In this document: positions 1-11,311 of the stretch, piece by piece
How the letters are laid out: every line of letters begins with the position of its first letter
Numbering within the stretch: the stretch's first letter is position 1
From: Chlorokybus atmophyticus
Taxonomy: Eukaryota > Plantae > Mesostigma and Chlorokybus algae
Direction of reading: 5' to 3'
Assembly: GCA_009103225.1 (NCBI GenBank)
Contig: RHPI01002823.1
Span: 845,797 to 909,796 of the forward strand
DNA: 64,000 nucleotides
The notes under the pieces: generated by a model
Told to the model about the DNA's origin: nothing
The model's database searches: none
The model's input: only the letters and a program-made list of their open reading frames with translations
Program-made: the position numbers and the translations under genes

Positions 1-534
1 TGCTTTGCGGGAGTCATGCACCAATCTTGTCACAGTTGAACGAGCTGTATGCATCAATGTGTGCATCAATTCCGCTTGGCATGACAAACACGCTAGGCCT
101 CTGTCATCGATAAGGCTTGTGGAGCCACACGCTACGTCGTTGTCAGTTCAACTTCAATCACTGGTTGAGAGGCGCTGTACGTGTATGACACCTCTCAGCC
201 AGTGATGTCCAGATGCATGCAGATTCTTCCTGCTTCCCAAATTGCATGTTCCGGAGTGTAGCGCAAGTCCGTGAAGCCTCCATAGGTTGTTGTAGTCAGT
301 GTGAGTCAGTGCATCTGGTTGCAAGTGCAAAGCGTAAAGCGCTGGACATGGTCTAACATTTGCTGGCCTTGCTCGGGGAAGGTGATGGTTGTTCTGTGAG
401 TTGAGCCTGCCATGAAGCTTGTCATGCATAACGCTGTTTATGACTATCAAGTTGCATCAGACCTCTGTCCCCTATTGGACCCACCTCCGCCATTTCTGTG
501 CGGGATGGTAACGTTAAGTCTGGTCTCTGGACAG

Positions 535-2104
535 GTGGATGATGCAGCAGGCGAAGAAAGCAGCCTCTGCTCCCAGCGCAAGCAAACCCAAGGCGCCTTC
601 TCTGGACACTGTGGTTGCATCCGTCAAGTCTGCCGTGCAGGCTGCGAGCGAGAAGATATCGGAAGTCGTGAAGCCACCTTCAGCTGTGGAACAGCTGATT
701 GAAGAGGAGGTAGTATCCTCGGGACCATCATATTATTCCACATGGCGTGCGGGTCAGGAGTGCATCGTTGCCTCGGGCCTTGTGCTAATGACTTGTGATC
801 CTCCCAATAGGTTAGGGCGGCTATGCGGAGATATGCGGAGCAGAAGGTAGAAAGGGAGAGGATTGAAATGATGGAGATGGACAAGGCACGCGCAGAGATG
901 CGACAGTGGTATGCACAAGGGTTGCAACTTGCCACTTTGTCTTGACGTGTTGGCATTATTAGGACATACCTTTGCTGTTCTTATTAGTATATGACTTGAA
1001 CGTGTGAAAACTGCAGGTGGGCTGAGAATCTTGCGGCCAGGCGGGCTCTGCGAGGATCCGTGTTCGGGTGGTGTCTCATCCCACGTGCTTATGAGGTGTC
1101 CCAGACAATGCATGGTCGTTCTGCATGTGCCCATGCATCCTTAGGGAATGTATAGCTCTGCAACAAACAGACTGTCCCATTTGTGGTGTGGTGTAATGTT
1201 GTGAGGCATCTATCGCAGTCGTAGCGTACACCACTGACCTTTGGGTTGGATTGACCATGTGATAGGTACGTGCGGAAGATCGTCCCGCTAATGCGCCGAT
1301 CATCCAAATCAAAGGGGCTGACTTCATCATCGGCGCTGCACCAACACTGGAGAAGGGCGAAGACGGATCCGCTGTCATTGATACTCCGAAGGTGTCCTCA
1401 AGGCACGCACGCATCATAGCAACAGATGTTGTTAAGCGCGGGGGTGAAATCGAGCGTGAGTTCTCCTTGGTGGACCTCAACAGCACAAACGGCACATGGA
1501 TCAACAGGTATGTCACCCTGTTCAACAATGGTTGTGCAGCAGTCTCAATATCACTTGTGCGTCCCCGGTTAACTGAACTTGCTTCATTCAACCTGCTCTA
1601 TAAACCCATCACAACTCCACTCTGGCACCTGGAATTGCATCCTCAACATGTAGCAATTCCGTACAACTAGCAGTGCGCTTCTCGCAACCGAAATCAATAT
1701 GACATGAAAATTGTCAAGGCAACATATATGTGAAATACGTGTAACTTCGGTGATGAGGTGTCTAGGGTGCATTGTGACAGTTGTCAAGCCGAGATTGCAT
1801 GCACTCATGCCGTAGCAACTCACAGTGATATTTGTTGAAGCGGTGCAGCGCTGAATGTTGTGAACATACACGCAGGTCGCGACTCCGACCAGGCGCAGCA
1901 GTAAAGTTGAGACCTGGGGATGTCATCATATTCGGGGACCAGGTACATTGTTTGTTCCTGCTGGCCGCTTTTGGTGAGCACGTGGTATTATGTGATGGTG
2001 AAAGCAAATGTTGCCATGCCTGTAATGCCATGCTTGACTAAGTGGTGAATGCCCTGCAGAGTGACGAAAGGTGCAAGTACGTTGTCAGGCGCCAAGCGTC
2101 CTAA
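535..2104 (+). CDS. FHA-domain protein (spliced; 5' end unresolved, start may lie upstream)
   Basis: Exons join in frame via GT-AG: MMQQAKK...EEE / VRAAMRRYAEQK...W / WAENLAARR...YE / ...DTPKVSSRHARI...LVDLNSTNGTWINR / SRLRPGAAVKLRPGDVIIFGDQ / SDERCKYVVRRQAS*. VSSRHA, DLNSTNGT and LRPGDVIIFG are canonical FHA motifs. Stop TAA at 2102-2104. Confidence 0.8.
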
Positions 2105-4654
2105 GCAGTGGTGAGGTGGTGTGCTTGTGCTGTTTCGCACCAGGGCTGGACCCCTGTATAGGCGTGTATGTAACTCAACTAAGTAGGGTATGCATAACCG
2201 CCAAGGCTGCGTTTATTGATGGAATAGTCAATGCTTCGTGCTGGCCACAGGTGCGTGATGTGGCTTGTTTTATCGAGGACAAGCTGCTACAATGATTTGT
2301 TTCAATGTTTATTGCACCTTGTAAAGATAGATAGTTTGTATTCATATGTTAATTTGCCAGACAAGCAGCTACAACGCACAAGAGGAGTTCACCACTACCT
2401 TGCATAGCAAATCGCTAAGGCGGAACATTGTATATCAATAGCTATTATTTATCTCATTACCATCATACATGTAACATATGAAATTGGTCATACAGGCTAC
2501 ACATGCTTCACATGATATATATCTTGTGTAGCATCTACCACATCCTCATAAAATGACAATACTTATAATAATTACTCCATGGTATTTTAATTGTGTACAT
2601 GTATACAACATGATTGTATGATCATTTACAAATGTATAACATAATGTGTTTTTTAATGGATACAATACACATATGCACAAGAAACTCTTATATTAGCATA
2701 ACATGAGGTGCTGCTTGATAATATGTAGTAAGACTTACGATTGCGGTTGATTTACACCACAACTTACCACCTTGTATCACACATGTGCATGCTTCGAGTA
2801 CGATACACTTTGAGCATGCTCATGTATGATAACATAGCCAGCTGCACGGCATTGCAAAATGGGCAGTTATAATAGATCAAGATAAGGTTAGGAAACTTAT
2901 TTATTGCCATACACACATATGTCATTGATTATTGATTTATACTTTTGATAGCTATTAAAGATCTTAAAATGTACGTATGGAAGTAAAACTCGTACACATG
3001 GCATTCGAATGATTTTAGTTGTATTACGGTTATATTCTTCGACTTGCTCACCGTGGCATTGTGTGTTGGGTGGCTTTGCAAGTGGTTACTTACTTGCATG
3101 CTTGTCAGCCACGACCATCGCTCTCAAAAACAATCGTAGCAGCGTAAGACGATAGTTCTCTATGTGTTTATGCGTAATGTTGTGCAAAGTTTATGTTAGC
3201 ATCGGATAATGCAATTATTTGTCATTAACAATATTGGCACATGCACACGTGCACATCATTATTATTTTTCACCATGCACAATGTTTTCGCTATTGCCACG
3301 CTGTTTCATATGTGCTTGTTTGCGCGCGCGAGTAACCGTAGTATGCTAATGAAAGTTGTATATGGAACCACTGTTGAAGATAGAGGGGCCCGAAGTACAC
3401 GCAGACATCACAACTCGTAAGCCAACCCATGTATCTGATGCAAAAGGAACCCCATACATACAAACAGCAATGGTCTCAAATTGTTGCGTGTGATGATGCC
3501 CATGGTACGCCGAGGAGACAACGGGAAGGGGTTTGGGTGAATCATTCGTTAATATGTATGTTCACATTCTGTTGCCTGCTCTTGTACTGTCCTGCAATCA
3601 CATTTATGCCACTCTGTGTTGCTCATGCTGCTGTGTGTAATCAGTGTGCATGCACTGAGTGCTGTTACGCCCATGCAGTATGCATGCGCCAACTGCTGAA
3701 GCATTGTCATGCTGATGTGGCACCCTGATTTTAGCCTAACCCTAACGGCTACCTATCAGCTGCCAAACCCTAGCCTAACGGTGGCCTATGCTGACTCACG
3801 ACTGCCATGCTGTGCGGAAATGAGATGCAGGGTATGCATCCCCAGACGGTGTAAGACGCAACTAAATGCTCCACCTAAAAGACCTGGTGCACTGGCGGCT
3901 GGGGCGGGGCCAAGCAGTTGTCGTTAGCGTCGTCAAGTCGTCGTCGTGCATGCTGCCGCCTACTCTGCCTGGGGCTAACCTCTCCCTCTGCCTGCCTCCT
4001 CTGCTCTGCAGGTGGTTGCCACGCTTGTTATCTCCATGCCTTGCGCCCACACCCACCTTGTTGCCTTAGGGTCGCTAGGTGCAGTTGCAGTCCTAGAGTT
4101 AAAATCTGCCTTGGCCCCCACTGAACTTGCTGGCTTGATGTTGGTTTATTGTTATCTTGTTGTAATTTGTGGTTGCATTTGCATTGTAACCACTGTTAGA
4201 GTTTGCTTTACCACAACTCTTGTGTGTTATATATCTCTACACATTACCCATTGCACACGCATGTGTGTATGCTTTTATGTGGACTTACACTATGGCAAAC
4301 CTCGCAAGGTGTCATAACCCGAAAGGGCCTTACCAAGCGGATGCGCATGTTCATGCATGGACATTGAAACTTTCTTCTGAGATTGAAGCCTTTCTTCGTC
4401 ACGTTGGCAGCAGCAGCAACGTATTGCATTCTGGTTGAAAGTATGGTAATGCGACTTTAACTTGATGGATTTTTGGTCCACAAGCCAGTGTACATCGACC
4501 TCACGGTAGATCTCCTCCCGTCGCACAGCAACACAGCAACACAAGCGCACGCGCAACGAACATCAGCACGCTCACAAACCAATGTAGCAACGCATATGGT
4601 AGAATGTATGTTGTAAATCGTAAGCGGATATGATATATGCGCTTGCAGGCAAGC

Positions 4655-5164
4655 TGTGACAAATGGGGCCCGACCACTAGGCTATGGTAGTAAAAGACAC
4701 CACCATAAGTGAAGTCTGTCACAATTTATCCCAACTCGTGACAATCCTCCCCAATTTAACCCATGAGTTCCTCATAATCCAACGAGGCACTAGCCCATGT
4801 CGCCGTGTTCGCGACCGTACCATGATCGGTCTGCCCGCGGCCTGTTGGAGCCGGCCCGCGAACGGTTCTGGCCGACCGAACGGCCATCCTCACCGCGCGA
4901 CTTGCCATCGCAGCGCGACCGCTCACGCGGCCTTAGGTTGAACTGGCTCGGCGCGCAGGTCGATGATCCCGCGCCCAGCCTAGGGCAAGCCGCCCCAGAT
5001 GTTCTTATTTTTTGCCTTGGATCTGCCTCAGTCTCCTACGGGAATTGAACCTGAGACGTCAAGCTCCGTTACCATTGTGACAATTGGGGCCCGACCACTA
5101 GGCTATGGTAGTAAAAGACACTACCATAAGTGAAGTCTGTCACAATTTATCCCAATTCGTGACA
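4655..5164 (-). mobile_element. TRIM-like non-autonomous mini LTR retrotransposon, intact, 510 bp
   Basis: 89-bp direct repeats at 4655-4743 and 5076-5164 (3 mismatches), each TG...CA. 5-bp TSD CAAGC at 4650-4654 and 5165-5169. On the minus strand a PBS TGGTAACGGAGC (5074-5063) lies 1 nt after the 5' LTR and a purine tract GGGGAGGA precedes the 3' LTR. No internal coding capacity recognised. Confidence 0.92.
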
Positions 5165-5485
5165 CAAGCACACTTTGTTATGTAAGTGGTTGCATGTGAC
5201 AAGTAACCACTTACAATGATAATCATAACATAGTGCAAGGTGTGTGCAAGCAGTGCTGCCCACATCATGCATTAGATGCGGGCGGCACATGCCCTTATTA
5301 TGGTATACTATGCTATACATCATTTATGTACACATACTCACCTACAACTTTGATGAACCATCACACAACCTTGAGTCCCCGCTCAATAGTCATCAAATTC
5401 AGCGTCGATACTTGCAAATTACTGTGTGGGCAATGGCCAATTGTGAGCCACTTCGGGCTCTGTTACACGGGAGTTTAAACTTTTA

Positions 5486-5711
5486 AATTTTTGTTATTTA
5501 TGCGCATGTGAATATACAAACCAAGTGTGTACTTATTGACTAATGCAATGGCCGCACATGTACACACGTCAAGTTGTGTGATCAATTTTGAGATTGAATG
5601 GTCATGCTCTTATTGCAATTGAACTTGCCGTGTATACATGTGCGGCCATTGCATTAGTCAATAAGTACACACTTGGTTTATATATTCACATGCGCATTAA
5701 TAACAAAAATT
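5486..5711. repeat. Long inverted repeat (~93-bp arms, ~40-50-bp spacer), MITE-like or hairpin RNA
   Basis: Left arm AATTTTTGTTATTTATGCGCATGTGAATATACAAACCAAGTGTGTACTTATTGACTAATGCAATGGCCGCACATGTACACACG is the near-perfect reverse complement of 5629-5711. TSD not clearly resolved. Confidence 0.85.
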
Positions 5712-6850
5712 GGTGTTAAAGCCGTCAACATGTTTTATTTTATAATGCGGTAGTGCATGTACATTTGTGTAATGCATGCCGATATGATGGCAAATTAAGG
5801 CGACGGATTGCTACGTGTGGTCGAGCTTGCAAGATACAAAGTTGAAGTAATTGATGGTCAATAATATCAGTCACCAACTACGAGGAAGGAATAGTGTTGG
5901 GGCGCAAAATTTCAAGTCGGCATACTCAGGTGATCGATTGCGTAATAATATTATCATTGTTGGGGCCGATAATCCTTGTTGGTTCCGTCATGCTCAACCC
6001 TAGGTTGCATACACTTGACCAGGTGCAGAGCCAGCAGCCTCCACCTAGTCAGGTGCTTGCAAGTCGCTGCGTGTGTTGGCTGCTGTGTATGCAGGAGCAT
6101 TGTCAAGCTGCCAACATCACGGGACAATGCAGCTTGCGCGATATCTAAATGGTCTTTGCGGCAGCGCTGTACAGGCAAGTTTAGGGCTCGCGGCCTGGTA
6201 TAGTCCGGAGTGGCCTGGCTGCCAGGCCGACGACGGCGGCGGCGGCGGTGGAAACGGCTTGGCGCTGTGGTCTGGTCTGGGCTGAATTAGGCTGGGTAAA
6301 AGAGAAAGGTTGGCTTAATTGGCAATCCGAGGTGTGTAGGTTAGAGCGCTGTGGGCAATTGTGGGCGCTTGTTGTGCGGAACAACAGGTGCGTGTGCGCA
6401 TGGCGCTTGCTAGCAGTTGAGTCCACGCACTCAATTACCTGCTGTGCTACAGTACTTGTGCTTGCAACGATATCATGCTTGACTCATCACCTACACCTTC
6501 ATAAATCGTCTGCTTGAACCTAGCCAGCAGCAGCAGACCCAGCCGGCAGACCACAACTTGCACGTGCTTGCATGCTCACACCCTCATAGCCTGCAAAGAC
6601 CTTCACACACATCCACTATAACCCACTGTCTACACGTAACTCGTGCAAGTAATCCTCCCTTGAAAACTGGCTGTGAGTCAGCATCCCACTGCACGTACCT
6701 TAGCTTCAGCTACAAGCCAAGTGTGCACACAAACGGACTAGACAGTAGACTGCTCTCTTCCTTCCTTCCTCACTAAACCTAACCCTACCCTAATCCTTTC
6801 TCTTTCCTTTTCTTCCCCAGCAGCACCAACCCCCCTCTTCACCCCTCTCC

Positions 6851-9168
6851 ATGTCTTCATCCGTCCGCTTCACTGGTTCCGCAGACTTCCGCTGCCGCCT
6901 CGTCTCCTCGACCCTCTCCGGTCGTCCCCTTGTCATCAGCGGGATCCGCGAGAGGGACGAGAGTCCCGGGTTGGGGGAAGCGGAGGCCGCGCTGCTGAGA
7001 CTGGTGGAGAAGATCAGTAACGGGTGCGGGATTGAAGTGAATGAGACGGGTGAGTAAAAGGGTGGAGAAGGTGGCTGGGGGTGGGCATGGGCGTCTGCGC
7101 ACGTGCATGCTAGCACGCACACGTGTGCTTGTGTGCGCGTGATATGTGCGTGTGCGTATGTGACATTCTGTGCGCGTGTATGCCTGCCCATGCATGCATG
7201 CATACGTGTGACATTCTACATGCGTGCATGTGCGCATGTTGGTGTGTGCATGTGCGCACAAGCGTCAATGCCTCCTCTCTTCGTCCAGGCACCGCTCTCC
7301 GCTACAAGCCCGGCATCATCACCGGCGGCTCCAACCTCTCTCACGACTGCGGCACGTCTCGTGCCATCTCCTGGTTCCTCGAACCTCTCCTCATCCTCTC
7401 TCTTTTTGGCAAGAAGCCCCTTGCCATCACGTTGCGCGGCGTCACGAACGACGACGTCGATCCGCACGTGGATGTGATCAGAACCGCAACGCTGCCGCTC
7501 GTGAGGAAACTGGTTGGCGTGGAAGAGGGACTGGAACTCAAGGTGGTCAAGAGGGGGGCGAAACCAGGAGGAGGGGGGGAGGTACGTTTGTGTTTTGCGT
7601 GATGCAACTATTCATCATTGACAATGTTTGTTCAGAATGTGTGGTGACACGATTGCAGACACTGTGCCGCATGCTCCAGCATGCAGACGTACATATGTAT
7701 ACATATTCGCATGCACCCACCCACCCACAGATGCATGCACGCAAATGTGCCCACGCACCCACCCACGCAACCCACCCATGCACGCACTCAAGTACGCAAA
7801 CACGTGCGCATGCACATGCACGCACACACATGCGTATGCGCAAACTCGCACGCGCACGCGCATACGCATGCGCGCAGGCACGAACACACGCACGTGTGTT
7901 TGTGCTTGTTGTTGTGCTCACATCCAACCACCTTTTACTGAGCTCGGTTTCACACCTTCACAGCACTCACCACCACATAAGTGCCATCAGATAACTCACT
8001 CGGCTTTTCGACAGGTTCACTTCAAGTGCCCTGTGGTTCGCGAGCTGAAGCCCATTCAGTGGACCGACGAGGGCATGGTTAAGCGCGTGCGCGGCGTGGC
8101 CTTCACTGCCAGGGTGTCCCCGCACATGGCCGCCAGAATGGTTTGTGCATTAGCATTGTGTAATCTACCTGACAGCTAACACACGTGGTGTTGTCGTCGT
8201 TGCTGTTGTTGTGTTGAGTGTTGTGCTTTCTCAGGTGGATGCAGCGCGCGGCGTGCTGAACCGGCTTCTTCCGGACGTTTACATTTTCACCGATACATCG
8301 ACTGGCGCTGAATCCGGAAAGTGAGTGAGCGAGTTACTACTTGTTGCACACACTTTGTGTCGGGCGCTTTTGGCACTTGTGTGTGTGCGCGCGCGCCCTC
8401 GCGTGCATGTGCACGCGCAAGTGCATCTTGTGTTTGTGCATCTTGCGTTGCTGCATAATTCTTTTTCTTGTGACGTAGACCTTACGCGTGTCCACATTTT
8501 GCAGTTCGCCAGGTTTTGGCATCTCCCTTGTAGCGGAGACCACAACGGGTTGTCTGTTGTCGGCCGATTGCGCGCGAGGTGAAGAGGGCAGTGGGGTTGG
8601 TAGAGAGCCCGAGGAAGGCAACGAGGCGGGTGCGCCGATGTTGCCCGAAGATATCGGCACTGTGGCCGCCCAACGACTGTTGTGCGAGATACAGGCTGGT
8701 GGCTGTGCGGATTCTGCACACCAGGTAACAATACTACAAGTGTGCATTGTTGCTACGTGTGCTTGGCGTTTTACATAGGCGCGTGACCGTCTACATGTGT
8801 TTTGGTGGCATTTCAAGCTGGTGGATGATGCCATTGACTTAGGCACACAGACACAGGCTGCGCGCGTGCAGACACACTTACACGCACAAGCACACACAAG
8901 CACACGCATCGGCTCTTGATGCACTGTTACAAAACTTCCTATATCTTCCTTCCTGCAGAGTTTGGTGCTGATGCTGTGCGCGCTCGGCCCCGAGGAGTTG
9001 GCGCGCGTGCGGCTCGGGACGCTCACCCCGCAGGCGATCCGCACGCTGCGCATCATCCACCAGATGCTCGGCGTGCGCTTCCACTTTGAACCTGAGCCCG
9101 TCAGTGGCACCGTGTTCGCGTCGTGCGTGGGCAGCGGGCACAGGAACTTGGCCAAGAAGCTGGCGTAA
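6851..9168 (+). CDS. RCL1: RNA 3'-terminal phosphate cyclase-like protein RCL1 (18S rRNA processing), 6 exons
   Basis: FRCRLVSSTLSGRPLVISGIR; GIEVNETG/TALRYKPGIITGG; HDCGTSRAISWFLEPL; LRGVTND..DPHVD; KRGAKPGGGGEV; DEGMVKRVRGVAF; LNRLLPDVYIFTD; SPGFGISLVAETT; PEDIG; LCALGPEE..RVRLGTLT; CVGSGHRNL. All introns GT-AG and in phase. Confidence 0.93.
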
Positions 9169-9396
9169 TGTTGGGGTAAAATTGCTGCGTGTAGGTGTGG
9201 GTGGGCGGGTGGGTGCGAGTTGAGGTTCACGTTGCTGAGACCACAGTCGGCAGTTGCCCACACGTCAACCTACGGACTCCGGCGCTTGTTTTGGCGACTA
9301 CATGTATTGGGTGGGGGCTGAGGGTTATTGGGGATTGAATGTGGTTTTTTTGTGGCCAGGTGTGGTTCACCGTGGACGCCAGTGAGTATACATATC

Positions 9397-9651
9397 ATAT
9401 ATATATATATATANNNNNNNNNNNNNNNNNNNNNNNNNNNNNNNNNNNNNNNNNNNNNNNNNNNNNNNNNNNNNNNNNNNNNNNNNNNNNNNNNNNNNNN
9501 NNNNNNNNNNNNNNNNNNNNNNNNNNNNNNNNNNNNNNNNNNNNNNNNNNNNNNNNNNNNNNNNNNNNNNNNNNNNNNNNNNNNNNNNNNNNNNNNNNNN
9601 NNNNNNNNNNNNNNNNNNNNNNNNNNNNNNNNNNNNNNNNNNNNNNNNNNN

Positions 9652-9683
<32 letters not shown>
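9397..9683. repeat. (TA)n microsatellite spanning an assembly gap (N 9414-9651)
   Basis: ATAT runs on both sides of the N block. Confidence 0.9.
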
Positions 9684-9693
<10 letters not shown>

Positions 9694-11311
9694 TGCAAAG
9701 CATAGCGTAACATGCCAAGGGCTTGGGCCATCCCGCATGCTTGCAGTACCTGGTGTGATTTCATGCAATCATTGTACAGGTCCGCTTTGCTCTTCTATAC
9801 TGAGCAGTGCCTGCTTCCCCTCCACCCCACTGCATGCACGTAGGTAGCGCTCGTGAACACGGATTTTGCCATACACATGATTTTTGCTATTGCCTCAATA
9901 ACTTATGAGCATGTTGATGTTTGCTGCACGTGCATGTGTGGGTTCCTTTTGCCTCTATCTCATGGGTCAGCCTGCGAGTTATGTTGTACAAACAATGTTG
10001 TACAAACAATGCGCAACAGTATGGCGCATACATAGTGGCATGCATAGTCAGCAACATGCACAGTGACATAGCGCACGCAATTCACACCATTGTAGGGTTG
10101 ACCATCGGCTTATTCACTAGCTAACACACTACACTATCTCCACTAACCTGTTAGCCATGCAGGTATGCATGTTTCTGCTTGTACTCCGGGCCCCCCTATT
10201 TTGCCATATGCAACCATCATTAGCATACGAAGGTGATTGAGCGCACATTTGGACATATAATCAACACTGTGACAACAGTGAGAGGGTGGTGCCTGATGAG
10301 AAACATGTGATTGATGGTGTGCATGTGACATGCGGCCGCACCGGAAATCACTGTTAGCAATTGATTATGTATATGGGCTACAATTCTGCACACACACCAC
10401 TACCGCCGCTATAAGAATTTCTCAGAGCGACGAATGTAGCTTACAAACAAGCACGCACGTAGATAACTACCTCCAAGGCCTTTGTAACGTACAACGCCAC
10501 GGTAAGCAAGTTGCAATATATGACATTAGTGCAATCCAAACTATATGGACGGAACTATATGGACGGATGTTGCTAACATTGCATATGCATACGATACGAG
10601 AGATGATGCAAAGACATAAGACAAGGCAATGGTAGGCACGGCAAAACGGACTAGGCACACAAGGACACTTACAGATTTGTCCGGGGGTGGTACAAAAGAT
10701 GCAAGAAGGAATGCATACAGGCAAACATGTGTGCACATGCAATGTTAGCAACATCACAGCGTAGTTTTGAAGCTAACAACCTAGCCAACCCACTACATTA
10801 CATGCGTGCGTGCAAAATGCGGTAGTGGGTGCATGGCGATAAGCAAAAACCAGTTGGAACTTCCACGGCACACAGTATATCAGACTGTGTATGCAAGGGG
10901 TATGCTGGTGTGCCAGCATGCATGGTGTCACACCCATTGGTGTGTAAGTCCTTGCACTATTTGTTGCATGAGTAACTGCGACTGCGACGAGTGGCATTTG
11001 GCAGCACCACCGACTCAGAGTCACCTGGATATGATACCGTCATCTGCCATGCCTGTAGTGCTGGACATGCTGACAACTTGATATCATAATTTTACACGAG
11101 TGTGCACATCAAGCTGCAACTGCCCGCATGTATGCATCTGGGTAATCACAACCGCAGTTACTTGTAGGCAGAACAGCGACAGAGTCAGTCACTGCTGTGT
11201 GCAGCATGGTCAGTATTAATGACAATGCATGGGGTGCTGAGTGCTCCTTGTAGACACCATTAATACTAGATAAATAACCTTTAAGACATGTACATAATGA
11301 TACACTCAGCA

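Noticed and set aside
4290-4556. 88-aa minus-strand ORF next to the TRIM
   Set aside because: No domain, splice partners or transposase motif recognised.
10236-10253. IERTFG peptide resembling a Harbinger transposase motif
   Set aside because: Six residues only; no flanking DDE motifs or LK.RW continuation.
10293-10330. CTGATGAGAAAC hammerhead-like core
   Set aside because: No stem II, and the cleavage-site position would be G rather than H.
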